A stretch of DNA of 64,000 bases, from the NCBI GenBank assembly GCA_041657885.1, contig JBBABB010000002.1, positions 121,095-185,094 of the forward strand. The letters run 5' to 3'. The stretch is from Minisyncoccota bacterium. GTDB taxonomy: Bacteria; Patescibacteriota; Minisyncoccia; Phycocordibacterales; UBA9973. The position numbers and the translations under genes were made by a program. Below are positions 45,841 to 54,726 of this stretch, in pieces (position 1 is the first letter of the stretch; every line of letters begins with the position of its first letter). The notes under the pieces were generated by a model. The model worked only from the letters and a program-made list of their open reading frames with translations. It ran no database searches and had not been told where the DNA came from.

Positions 45841-47598
45841 ATGCATGTTGATGAAAAAACAATCATAGATCTTCTTGATAGTTCTGGGTTGGTTACTAAA
45901 ACAGATATTTCTGTTGCACTCAAAAAAGCTAAAGAGACCAACCAATCACTTGGTTCTATTTTGGTTTCAAGTGGTAAATTAATTGAAAAAGATTGGAATA
46001 AAATTCAAGCGATGTCACTCGGTATTCCGTTTGTCAGCTTAGAAGGGGAGAAAATTGACCCAAATGTTTTGACTTTAATTCCTGAGCCAATCGCTCGAAA
46101 TAGTAATATTATTGCTTATAAAAAAACCAATCTCGGCTTGGAAGTGGCAATGCTTGATGTAGAGAACCTTCCTGTTATTGATTTTATCAAAAAGAAAGTC
46201 GGGTTACGTATTCTTCCTCGAATAACAAGCTCTCAATCTATAAAAGAGGCACTTAATCAATATAAGAAAAGTTTACAAGCAGACTTTGAAGATATTATTA
46301 AAAAAGAAAGTAATTCTATAAAACCAATATCTAATGATGGCACTGTCGCTGAAGAAAAAACAGAAAAAGAATTAAAGGAATTAGCAGAGGATTTACCGAT
46401 TGTGAAGATTGTAGATACTCTTATTTCACACGCTATTTTTCAAGGAGCTTCAGATATACACATAGAGCCGTGTGAAGAGTCTCTCGTTATTCGCTATCGT
46501 ATAGATGGTATTTTACACGATGCGATGATTTTACCAAAAGATACAGCTTCTGGAATTGTTGCCCGTGTTAAAGTTTTGTCTAATTTAAAACTTGATGAAA
46601 AGCGTCTTCCTCAAGATGGACGTTTTAAAATTGTGAATGAACAAGGAGGTGTTTCTTTCCGTGTTTCTACATTGCCTACATATTATGGTGAGAAAACTGT
46701 TATTCGTATTTTGCGAGAAAATGCTAAGGGTTTTTCCTTAGAAGGACTTGGTTTTCATGGTGAAGCTCTTGAACGAATCCATGATGGGATGAAGAAACGC
46801 ACAGGGATGCTTCTAGCTACCGGTCCAACTGGTTCTGGTAAAACAACTACTCTCTACTCTATGCTTGATATTTTAAATACTACAGATGTAAACATTTCAA
46901 CAGTTGAAGACCCTATTGAATACCAAATGCCACGTATTAATCAAACTCAAACAAAATCTGAAATAGGTCTAACTTTTGCGAATGGTCTACGTACATTACT
47001 CCGACAAGACCCAGATATAATAATGGTCGGAGAAATTCGTGATAAAGAGACCGCATCACTTGCTATTAATGCGAGTTTGACGGGGCATCTTGTTTTATCT
47101 ACTATTCACACTAACTCTGCAGCAGGAGCAATACCGCGTATGATAGATATGGGAGTAGAACCATTTTTAATTGTTTCAACTGTTAAAACGGTTATAGCCC
47201 AAAGATTAGTTCGTAAATTGTCCGATGGAAAAGAAAAATATTTTTTAAGTGATATAGAAAAGAATGCCTTAAAAAAAATTGTGGATCTTGACCGTGTGCT
47301 TGGATTTTTGAAAGAAGAAAAAGTTGTTTCTCCTGATGCAACATGGGATATGATTCCATTTTATAAACCAAAACCAAGCGAAGAATCAAACGATGGTTAT
47401 AAGGGGCGTATTGGTATTCATGAAGTTTTAAAAGTTACCACTTCAATTAAAGAAATGATATTAAAGGGTTTATCTGTTGATGAGATAGAAAAGAGAGCCA
47501 TGGAAGAAGGAATGATGACAATGATTGAAGATGGCATATTCTTAGCGGTTCAAGGGGGAACATCAACAGAAGAAGTGCTTCGTGTTGTTTCAGAATAA
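45841..47598 (+). CDS. pilB: Type IV pilus assembly ATPase PilB/GspE
   Basis: ASDIHIEP, RLPQDGR, GPTGSGKTTTLY, LRQDPD.IMVGEIRD, TGHLVLST.HTN. Confidence 0.93.
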   Translation: MHVDEKTIIDLLDSSGLVTKTDISVALKKAKETNQSLGSILVSSGKLIEKDWNKIQAMSLGIPFVSLEGEKIDPNVLTLIPEPIARNSNIIAYKKTNLGLEVAMLDVENLPVIDFIKKKVGLRILPRITSSQSIKEALNQYKKSLQADFEDIIKKESNSIKPISNDGTVAEEKTEKELKELAEDLPIVKIVDTLISHAIFQGASDIHIEPCEESLVIRYRIDGILHDAMILPKDTASGIVARVKVLSNLKLDEKRLPQDGRFKIVNEQGGVSFRVSTLPTYYGEKTVIRILRENAKGFSLEGLGFHGEALERIHDGMKKRTGMLLATGPTGSGKTTTLYSMLDILNTTDVNISTVEDPIEYQMPRINQTQTKSEIGLTFANGLRTLLRQDPDIIMVGEIRDKETASLAINASLTGHLVLSTIHTNSAAGAIPRMIDMGVEPFLIVSTVKTVIAQRLVRKLSDGKEKYFLSDIEKNALKKIVDLDRVLGFLKEEKVVSPDATWDMIPFYKPKPSEESNDGYKGRIGIHEVLKVTTSIKEMILKGLSVDEIEKRAMEEGMMTMIEDGIFLAVQGGTSTEEVLRVVSE

Positions 47599-47602
47599 AA
47601 AT

Positions 47603-48001
47603 ATGGAAAAAGATTTTAATAAATGGAATGATAAAAAGAAGGAAACTCATAAACTAGAAAATCAAAAGATTTTTTATGAACGTGAAGTTTGGTGGTGTAT
47701 TTTTGGTATAAATATTGGAACAGAAATAGATGGAAAACATGAACTCTTTTTAAGGCCAGCAGTTGTTGTAAGGAAATTCAATAAAGATATGGCTATTGTT
47801 GTTCCAACAACAGCACAAGTTAAATCCAATAAATATTATTTTTCAGTTTCTGGGGTTGATGAAAAAACTTATAATACCTGTCTTTCCCAAATTAAAAATA
47901 TAAGTTCTAAAAGATTATTTAGAAAAATTGGAACAATTAAAGGAGAAGATTATTTAGTTTTATTAGATAAATTATCAAAGATGATAAAAGGGACTCTCTA
48001 A
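47603..48001 (+). CDS. PemK/MazF-family toxin-like protein without an adjacent protein antitoxin
   Basis: EVWWC.FG.NIG.E.DGK...F.RPAVV.RK, VP.T, SQIK.IS.KRL.RKIG. Confidence 0.8.
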   Translation: MEKDFNKWNDKKKETHKLENQKIFYEREVWWCIFGINIGTEIDGKHELFLRPAVVVRKFNKDMAIVVPTTAQVKSNKYYFSVSGVDEKTYNTCLSQIKNISSKRLFRKIGTIKGEDYLVLLDKLSKMIKGTL

Positions 48002-48051
48002 ACAACGAAATCCCCTTGCGGGGATTTCTCAGAGGCCGAAGCCCATAATCA
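48000..48051 (-). ncRNA. Candidate small antisense RNA downstream of the toxin
   Basis: Minus strand GGGC-UUCG-GCCU and GAAAUCCCC-GCAA-GGGGAUUUC hairpins followed by GUUGUUU. Confidence 0.5.
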
Positions 48052-48056
48052 CTATA

Positions 48057-48084
48057 AGTATATCAAACCTAGATATCATGTCAA
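48057..48084 (-). promoter_or_regulatory. Consensus sigma70 promoter pointing back toward the toxin
   Basis: Minus strand TTGACA (48084-48079), 16-nt spacer ending TGA, TATACT (48062-48057). Confidence 0.65.
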
Positions 48085-49808
48085 GCACAAAATCACAAAT
48101 CAAAATCTGTCAGAACTGTAAAAAAGACTTCATTATTGAGCCAGATGATTTTCTATTCTATGAAAAAATAAAAGTCCCTCCACCCACTTTTTGCCCGGAG
48201 TGTAGGATGATTAGAAGAATGACTTTTAGAAATGAAAGGACTCTTTATAGAAGAACTTGTGAAGCAAAGGAACATGGGGAACAAATACTTTCTGTATTTT
48301 CACCTGATAAAAAACAAAAAGTATTTTGTCATAGTGCTTGGTGGGGTGATAGCTGGGATGGAATTGAATATGCAAAAGATTATGATTTTTCAAAAACTTT
48401 TTTCTCTCAAATACAGGAATTATGGCAATCTGTCCCAGACATAGGACTTTTCAATATTAATCCAGTAAATAGTGAATATTGTAGTATAACAGAAGGTAAT
48501 AAAAATTGTTATTTAGTAATTGGTGGTGATTTTAATGAGGATACAAGGTATTCCTGTTTTATATTTCATAGCAAGGAATGTGCTGATTGCTATGGTATAT
48601 CAAAAAGCGAGTGGAATTATGAAGTTATAGATTCAATTCAAAATTATAACTTATCATACAGTCAATATTGTGAAGGTTGTTATGATAGTGTTTTTTTATT
48701 TAATTGTAAAAATTGTAGTAATTGTTTTGGTTGTACTAATTTAAATAATGGTTCTTATTCTTGGTTTAATGAACAATTAACAAAAGACGAATACAAAACA
48801 AGATTAGAAGAAATAAATTTAGGAAGTTATATCTCTATACTAAAACATAAAAAAGATTTTTATGAATTTTCGTTAAAATTTCCTAGAAAGTATTCTAGAA
48901 TACTAAGGTCTGTAAATTCTACAGGAGACAATATGGAACAAGCTAAAAATTGTAAAGAATGTTTTGGGATTTTTGATGGAGCGGAAGATTGTAGATATTT
49001 ATGGTTAATATACTCGAAAATAACGAATTCTTTTGATTCAGATCATTCAGGATTAAAATCAAATTTACTTTATGAATGTTCAACTGTCTATCCTGGCAAT
49101 ATTGTATTATTTTCACGTTTTATATTTAATGGACGCGAAGTAGAATATTCATATAATTGCCACAACTCGTCAAATATTTTTGGATGTATAGGTTTAAGAA
49201 ATAAACAATATTGTATTTTAAATAAGCAGTATTCTAAAGAAGAATATAAGGAATTAAGACTAAAAATTATAGAGCATATGAATAAAACCCCATATGTTAA
49301 TAGTGCAGGGAATATATATAAATATGGTGAATTTTTTCCAGAAGAAATTTCTCCTTTTGCTTATAATGAAACTGTAGCAAATGAATTGCTTCCATTAGGA
49401 GAAGAAAAAGTAAAAAAGAGTGGATATCTCTGGAAACAAAAGGAAGGGAAGAACTATGCAATTACAAAAAACTTTAACGATTTACCAGATAATATTAATC
49501 AAGTGGATATTTCTATAACAAAGGAAACGATACAATGTACTCACAATGGTAATTGTAATGATGGATGTTCTACAGCATTTAAAATAACAGAAGATGAATT
49601 AAATTTCTATAAAAAAATGAATATTCCATTACCAAGACTATGTTCAAATTGTAGACACTATGAAAGATTGCAAAGCAGGAATCCTATAAAGCTCTGGCAT
49701 CGAACTTGCATGAAAGAAGGGTGTAATAATGAATTTGAGACAAGCTACGCCCCAGAGAGACCGGAAATTGTGTATTGTGAGAAGTGTTATCAACAAGAGG
49801 TATATTAA
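48078..49808 (+). CDS. Cys-rich ~572-aa protein, paralog 5 of 5
   Basis: Same terminal and internal motifs. Confidence 0.85.
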   Translation: MSSTKSQIKICQNCKKDFIIEPDDFLFYEKIKVPPPTFCPECRMIRRMTFRNERTLYRRTCEAKEHGEQILSVFSPDKKQKVFCHSAWWGDSWDGIEYAKDYDFSKTFFSQIQELWQSVPDIGLFNINPVNSEYCSITEGNKNCYLVIGGDFNEDTRYSCFIFHSKECADCYGISKSEWNYEVIDSIQNYNLSYSQYCEGCYDSVFLFNCKNCSNCFGCTNLNNGSYSWFNEQLTKDEYKTRLEEINLGSYISILKHKKDFYEFSLKFPRKYSRILRSVNSTGDNMEQAKNCKECFGIFDGAEDCRYLWLIYSKITNSFDSDHSGLKSNLLYECSTVYPGNIVLFSRFIFNGREVEYSYNCHNSSNIFGCIGLRNKQYCILNKQYSKEEYKELRLKIIEHMNKTPYVNSAGNIYKYGEFFPEEISPFAYNETVANELLPLGEEKVKKSGYLWKQKEGKNYAITKNFNDLPDNINQVDISITKETIQCTHNGNCNDGCSTAFKITEDELNFYKKMNIPLPRLCSNCRHYERLQSRNPIKLWHRTCMKEGCNNEFETSYAPERPEIVYCEKCYQQEVY

Positions 49809-49814
49809 AATAGG

Positions 49815-51026
49815 ATGAAGTTTAAATATAAAATACAAAATAAGAATTATGGGATATTTGAAGGGATTACTGAATCACCAGACAAATTTACTTTAGCGAG
49901 AGAGTTTCGAGAGAAAGGCAATACTCCTATTTTTATAGAAGAATTTAAAAAAAATACTAATATTTTTTCAATGAAAATAGATTTTTTAAGTAGAGTTTCT
50001 CTGGCAGAAAAAATTATGTTTACTAATAATTTAAGTGGGATGCTTACAGCAGGACTTTCTCTAAACAGAGCTTTATCTATATTAGAAAAACAATCAACAA
50101 ATTCTACTCTTGGTGATGTTTTACGTAGTTTAGAAGAAGATATAAGCAAAGGAAATACTCTTTCAGAAGGGATGAGAAAATTTCCCAAAATTTTCTCTGG
50201 AATTTTTATACCAATGGTTCACGCCGGAGAAGAATCAGGGAATCTACCGACGACGCTTACAGAAGTTGGATTGAGTCTTAAAAAATCTTATGATTTAAAC
50301 AAAAAAATAAAAGGGGCTATGACATATCCGACTATTATTATTTGCGCGATGGTCATAATTGCTATATTTATGATGATTTATGTTGTCCCGACTCTGACTA
50401 AAACATTTACAGACATGGGTTCTGAATTACCAGCATCTACCAAAATGATTATTTGGATTTCTGATTCTATTAGTCAGCATATATTTTTATTTTTATCCTT
50501 AATTGGTGCTTTTATTTTAAGTATTATTTTTCTTTTTAAAATTAAATTAGTTCGCAGATATTTTGATCGTTTTATTTTATATATTCCTGTTATTGGTAAA
50601 ATAGTTAAAGAAGTTAATACTGCTCGCACCGCAAGGACAATGTCCTCTTTATTATTATCTGGGGTAAGTATTTCCAATTCTTTATCCATAACAGAAGAAG
50701 TTCTTCAAAATATTCATTATAAGGAATTGATTCATAAATCAATTGCCTCTATAGAAAAAGGTACAGTTCTATCTGCTTCTTTTAAAGAAAATACTTTTCT
50801 CTATCCAGTAATGATGGGAGAAATGATTGAAGTTGGAGAAGAAACTGGTAATTTATCAAAAATGCTTTTAGATATTGCTAATTTTTATGAAACAGAAGTA
50901 GATAATAAAACAAAAGATTTATCAACAATTATTGAACCAGTTTTAATGCTTTTTATCGGAGCGGCTGTTGGAATTTTTGCTATTTCTATGATTAAACCAA
51001 TGTATTCGGTTATGAGTGATATTTAG
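49815..51026 (+). CDS. pilC: Type IV pilus platform protein PilC/GspF
   Basis: AGEESGNL, K.KGAM.YP, VGEETG.L, IEP.LM. Confidence 0.92.
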   Translation: MKFKYKIQNKNYGIFEGITESPDKFTLAREFREKGNTPIFIEEFKKNTNIFSMKIDFLSRVSLAEKIMFTNNLSGMLTAGLSLNRALSILEKQSTNSTLGDVLRSLEEDISKGNTLSEGMRKFPKIFSGIFIPMVHAGEESGNLPTTLTEVGLSLKKSYDLNKKIKGAMTYPTIIICAMVIIAIFMMIYVVPTLTKTFTDMGSELPASTKMIIWISDSISQHIFLFLSLIGAFILSIIFLFKIKLVRRYFDRFILYIPVIGKIVKEVNTARTARTMSSLLLSGVSISNSLSITEEVLQNIHYKELIHKSIASIEKGTVLSASFKENTFLYPVMMGEMIEVGEETGNLSKMLLDIANFYETEVDNKTKDLSTIIEPVLMLFIGAAVGIFAISMIKPMYSVMSDI

Positions 51027-51040
51027 TAATAAATTAAATA

Positions 51041-51523
51041 ATGAATTATTTTAAAATAAAAAGAAATAAAGGTATAAGCATTATTGAAATACTCATTGTT
51101 ATTAGTATTATTGTTATAATAAGTGCTATTGCTATTCCAAACTTTTCTAAATTTCATAATCAACAAGCACTTCGTAATACAACCGAAGATGTAATTTCCT
51201 TATTGAACGAGGCAAGAAATAGTACTATTTCTTCCAAAAATTCTAATACTTATGGAGTTCACTTTCAATCAGATAAGGTTATTTTATTTGCAGGTTCGTC
51301 TTTTAATGACTCTCCATCAAACAAACAGATTAATCTTGATTCTTCCGTTATTATACCTGCGACTGGTGGAATTAATTTAAATGGTGGAGGAAGTGATATT
51401 ATCTTTGCTAGGATAACAGGGGATACCACAAATAATGGTACAATTGTTATACAACTTGTAAGTGATACCACTCAACAAAAAATTATTACTATTAGTAAAA
51501 TCGGAGTAATAGGTTCGAATTAA
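51041..51523 (+). CDS. Minor pilin (FimT/GspH-like)
   Basis: KG|ISIIEILIVI prepilin motif. Confidence 0.8.
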   Translation: MNYFKIKRNKGISIIEILIVISIIVIISAIAIPNFSKFHNQQALRNTTEDVISLLNEARNSTISSKNSNTYGVHFQSDKVILFAGSSFNDSPSNKQINLDSSVIIPATGGINLNGGGSDIIFARITGDTTNNGTIVIQLVSDTTQQKIITISKIGVIGSN

Positions 51524-52060
51524 ATGAAAAATATTTTCAAAAAAAAGAAAAATTTGGTGTCGGGGTTTACCCCCACACCAAATTTCACAAAGAAAAGGAA
51601 TTTGGTGTGGGGGTTTACTATTATAGAAGTATTAGTAGCTTGTGTCATAATAACGACAACGACTATCGCTTTAATGTCAGCTACTTCAAAAGGGATAGAG
51701 CTTTCTAATAGAGCATTAAGACAAGTGCAAGCGAATATGCTTATGGAAGAAGGAGTTGAGGCGGTTAAATCAATAAGAGATACTAGTTGGGCGACAATTT
51801 CAGGAAAAAGTTTAAATACGAATTATTATTTATCTTTTTCAGGTGCTTGGATTCTTGGGACAACTCCAGTAGCACAAATAGATGAAATTTTTACTAGAAA
51901 AGTTATTTTCTCGGCGGTTAATCGTGATAGTAATGATGATATCGCTTCTTTCGGAATTGTTGATATAGGAATTAAAAGAGTAAATGTTATAGTTGAGTGG
52001 TCAACTCCTAGTGGAATAAATTCAAAAAGTATAACATTTTATTTAGCCAATATTTTTTAA
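51524..52060 (+). CDS. Minor pilin (PilV-like) with palindromic insertion in leader
   Basis: G|FTIIEVLVA prepilin motif; E.VEAV.SIRD. Confidence 0.8.
   Translation: MKNIFKKKKNLVSGFTPTPNFTKKRNLVWGFTIIEVLVACVIITTTTIALMSATSKGIELSNRALRQVQANMLMEEGVEAVKSIRDTSWATISGKSLNTNYYLSFSGAWILGTTPVAQIDEIFTRKVIFSAVNRDSNDDIASFGIVDIGIKRVNVIVEWSTPSGINSKSITFYLANIF
51570..51613. mobile_element. 44-bp MITE-like palindrome, TTTA target duplication, in frame
   Basis: cccccacaccaaatt / aatttggtgtggggg; TTTA 51566-51569 and 51614-51617; extra half-arm at 51551-51565. Confidence 0.8.
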
Positions 52061-52064
52061 TTAA

Positions 52065-52610
52065 ATGAAAACACAAAACAAAAAAGGTTTTACCCCCACA
52101 CCAAATTTCATAAAGAAAAGGAATTTGGTGTGGGGGTTTAGTATAATTGAGATTATGGTTTATTTAGCTATTTTTACCGCCCTTTCAATTTTGGTGATTA
52201 ATTCATTTATTGTTGTTTTATCTTCATTTAACACGACGAATATGAATCGTAAATTACTTGAGTCAGGTGTAGTATCTATGGAGCGTATTTCTCGAGAAAT
52301 TCGTCAGGCACAAAGTGTTGATGCTAGTAGCACTCAAACTATATTAGTTCTAAATAGTCATGATAATTTAGGGACTGTTATGGTTATTAAATTTATAAAA
52401 GAAGGCAGAGCTTTAAATCTTTACAAAAATGATATTTTGCAAGGTAATTTACTTGGAGAGAATTTATCTGTTACAAATATAATTTTTAATCGTATTACTA
52501 CAACCCAAAGTGAAGCGATAAAAATAGAAATGACTTTGCAATACTCTGGAGGAAATAAGACTAAATCGGAAAATTTTTACAATACGGTTATTTTAAGGGG
52601 TAGTTATTAA
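52065..52610 (+). CDS. Minor pilin (PilW-like) with palindromic insertion in leader
   Basis: G|FSIIEIMVY prepilin motif; MERI.REIR.A. Confidence 0.8.
   Translation: MKTQNKKGFTPTPNFIKKRNLVWGFSIIEIMVYLAIFTALSILVINSFIVVLSSFNTTNMNRKLLESGVVSMERISREIRQAQSVDASSTQTILVLNSHDNLGTVMVIKFIKEGRALNLYKNDILQGNLLGENLSVTNIIFNRITTTQSEAIKIEMTLQYSGGNKTKSENFYNTVILRGSY
52093..52136. mobile_element. 44-bp MITE-like palindrome, TTTA target duplication, in frame
   Basis: One mismatch to 51570..51613; TTTA 52089-52092 and 52137-52140. Confidence 0.8.
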
Positions 52611-52641
52611 TGGATTAGGTTCTAAAAAATAGAAATTAAAA

Positions 52642-53931
52642 ATGAAAAATAAAATTAAAATTCAAAGAAATAAAGGGGCTGCGATGATGATTGTCGTTTT
52701 ATTTTTCATGTTCATCAGCTTAACTATTTTAATTGGTATTGTAACCCCTGTTGTTCGTGAATTTAGAATTGCCGGTGATAATTTTAATTCCAAGCAAGCT
52801 TATTTTATTGCTGAATCGGGGGTAGAAGATGTGATGTATCGTTTAAAAAATAATATGGAAGTTGGTACTATCGGTGAAAGTAGGACTCTTTTTTTAGATG
52901 ATTCTTTTTTTCCTATTCCTACTGAATTTACTGACATTTTTGGGGGGCGAAAACAAATAGTAACCACAGGAGATATAAATTCAAATCAACGCAAAGTTAA
53001 TTTAATTCTTACCACTACCACTGGAGTTTCTTTTAATTATGGTGTACAGGTTGGAATAGGAGGTTTTAATTTTACTGGTAATGCTAAAGTAATTGGAAAT
53101 GTTTATTCAAATGGTAACATTACGGGTGAGAACAACGCAGCTATTACTGGCACAGCAATTTCAACAGGAACCATTAGCGGGATGACAATAGGAACAGGTA
53201 CAACTGGAAATGCAAAAGCTCATACGGTTAATAATTCTACAATTCGTGGCATAAACTATTGTCAAACTGGGACAGGAAATAATAAAGCTTGCGATACAAG
53301 CCAGCCGGATCCGATAGCGACAATAATGCCTATTTCAGACCAAAATATTTTGGATTGGAAAGAAGAGGCTTCGGTCGGCGATCCACATGTTGGTAATTAT
53401 TTACTAGATAGTAATAATACTGCTTCTCTTGGCCCAAAAGAAATAACTGGTAATTTTACAATAGATGGCAACGCAATTCTTACAATTACCGGAACTATTT
53501 GGGTTCATGGAAATATCACTATTAATAATAATGCTATAGTAAAATTATCTAACTCGTATGGAGTAAATAGCGGTGTTATTGTTGCTGATGGTAATGTAAA
53601 TTTTACTGGCAATAATAGATTTGAAGGTTCTGGACAAACTGGAAGTTATATACTTCTTGTTACCACAAGTACCTGTCCTGTTGGTCCATCTTGTGGTGGG
53701 GATAGTACTAATGCTATTACTATTGGCAATAACGCGAATGCAGTTATTCTTAATGCCCAACAAGGAACCATTTCATTTTTAAATAACGCCCAAGTGAATG
53801 AAGCAACAGCTAAAACTATCGTGGCTGAAAATAATACAATTATTACATATCTTGAAGGTCTTGCAGATGTTAATTTTTCTAGTGGGCCTTCAGGTTCATG
53901 GGGGATAGATAGCTGGCAAGAGTCAGAATAA
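52642..53931 (+). CDS. PilX-like minor pilin with beta-helix-like C-terminal domain
   Basis: KG|AAMMIVV, AYFIAESGVED, Asn/Gly-rich repeats, terminal SWQE. Confidence 0.75.
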   Translation: MKNKIKIQRNKGAAMMIVVLFFMFISLTILIGIVTPVVREFRIAGDNFNSKQAYFIAESGVEDVMYRLKNNMEVGTIGESRTLFLDDSFFPIPTEFTDIFGGRKQIVTTGDINSNQRKVNLILTTTTGVSFNYGVQVGIGGFNFTGNAKVIGNVYSNGNITGENNAAITGTAISTGTISGMTIGTGTTGNAKAHTVNNSTIRGINYCQTGTGNNKACDTSQPDPIATIMPISDQNILDWKEEASVGDPHVGNYLLDSNNTASLGPKEITGNFTIDGNAILTITGTIWVHGNITINNNAIVKLSNSYGVNSGVIVADGNVNFTGNNRFEGSGQTGSYILLVTTSTCPVGPSCGGDSTNAITIGNNANAVILNAQQGTISFLNNAQVNEATAKTIVAENNTIITYLEGLADVNFSSGPSGSWGIDSWQESE

Positions 53932-53973
53932 TAATCCCTGTTAAAATAAGCTATTTTGTGGTATAATTGTCAA

Positions 53974-54726
53974 ATGAGGAAAATTGTTATAGCTAATTGG
54001 AAGATGAATCCGCAATCTCAAAAAGAGGCGGAAGTTTTATTTCGCGCTATAGTGAAAAGTAAAAATTCTAAAAAAATTGATGTAGTAATCTGTCCCCCAG
54101 TTTTATATATAGAAAAGCTTAATAAAATTTCTTCAAAAATGGTCTTGGGTGCCCAAAATATTTTCTATGAGAAAAAAGGTCCATTTACTGGGGAAATTTC
54201 GGCTGGAATGCTAAAAGATATAGGAGTTGAGTATATTATTATTGGACATTCAGAAAGACGCAGTCTTGGAGAAACAAATTTAGATGTAAATAAAAAAATT
54301 AAAACAGCGCTTTCTTGTGGCCTTAAGCCGGTAGTTTGTGTTGGAGAAATAGAAAGAGATGAAAATCACAAATATTTCAATATCATAAAAAATCAAATTG
54401 AGGAATGTTTAGGTGGATTGAGTAAAAGTATGCTCTCAAAAATAATTATTGCTTATGAGCCAGTGTGGGCTCTTTCGACAACTTTAGGCCACAAAGATGC
54501 TACTTCATTAGATTCTTGTGAGATGTCAATTTTTATTAAAAAAATCATTTCAGATAAATTTGGTTTGAAAATAATTATGCCAAGAATTATTTATGGTGGG
54601 TCAGTGGATGATAAAAATTGTGCCGATTTTCTAATAAATGGGGGAGTAAGTGGGGTATTAGTTGGGGGTGCAAGTTTGAACGCTGATAAATTTTTAAAAA
54701 TTATTAATATTGCAGGAATTAAATGA
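53974..54726 (+). CDS. tpiA: Triosephosphate isomerase
   Basis: NWKMN, GHSERR, AYEPVWA, YGGSV, LVGGASL; start ATG 53974 after TGGTATAAT. Confidence 0.95.
   Translation: MRKIVIANWKMNPQSQKEAEVLFRAIVKSKNSKKIDVVICPPVLYIEKLNKISSKMVLGAQNIFYEKKGPFTGEISAGMLKDIGVEYIIIGHSERRSLGETNLDVNKKIKTALSCGLKPVVCVGEIERDENHKYFNIIKNQIEECLGGLSKSMLSKIIIAYEPVWALSTTLGHKDATSLDSCEMSIFIKKIISDKFGLKIIMPRIIYGGSVDDKNCADFLINGGVSGVLVGGASLNADKFLKIINIAGIK

Noticed and set aside
12953-49808. Diversity-generating retroelement acting on the Cys-rich paralogs
   Set aside because: No reverse transcriptase or template repeat in the window; the 3' ends are the conserved part and differences are not adenine-specific.
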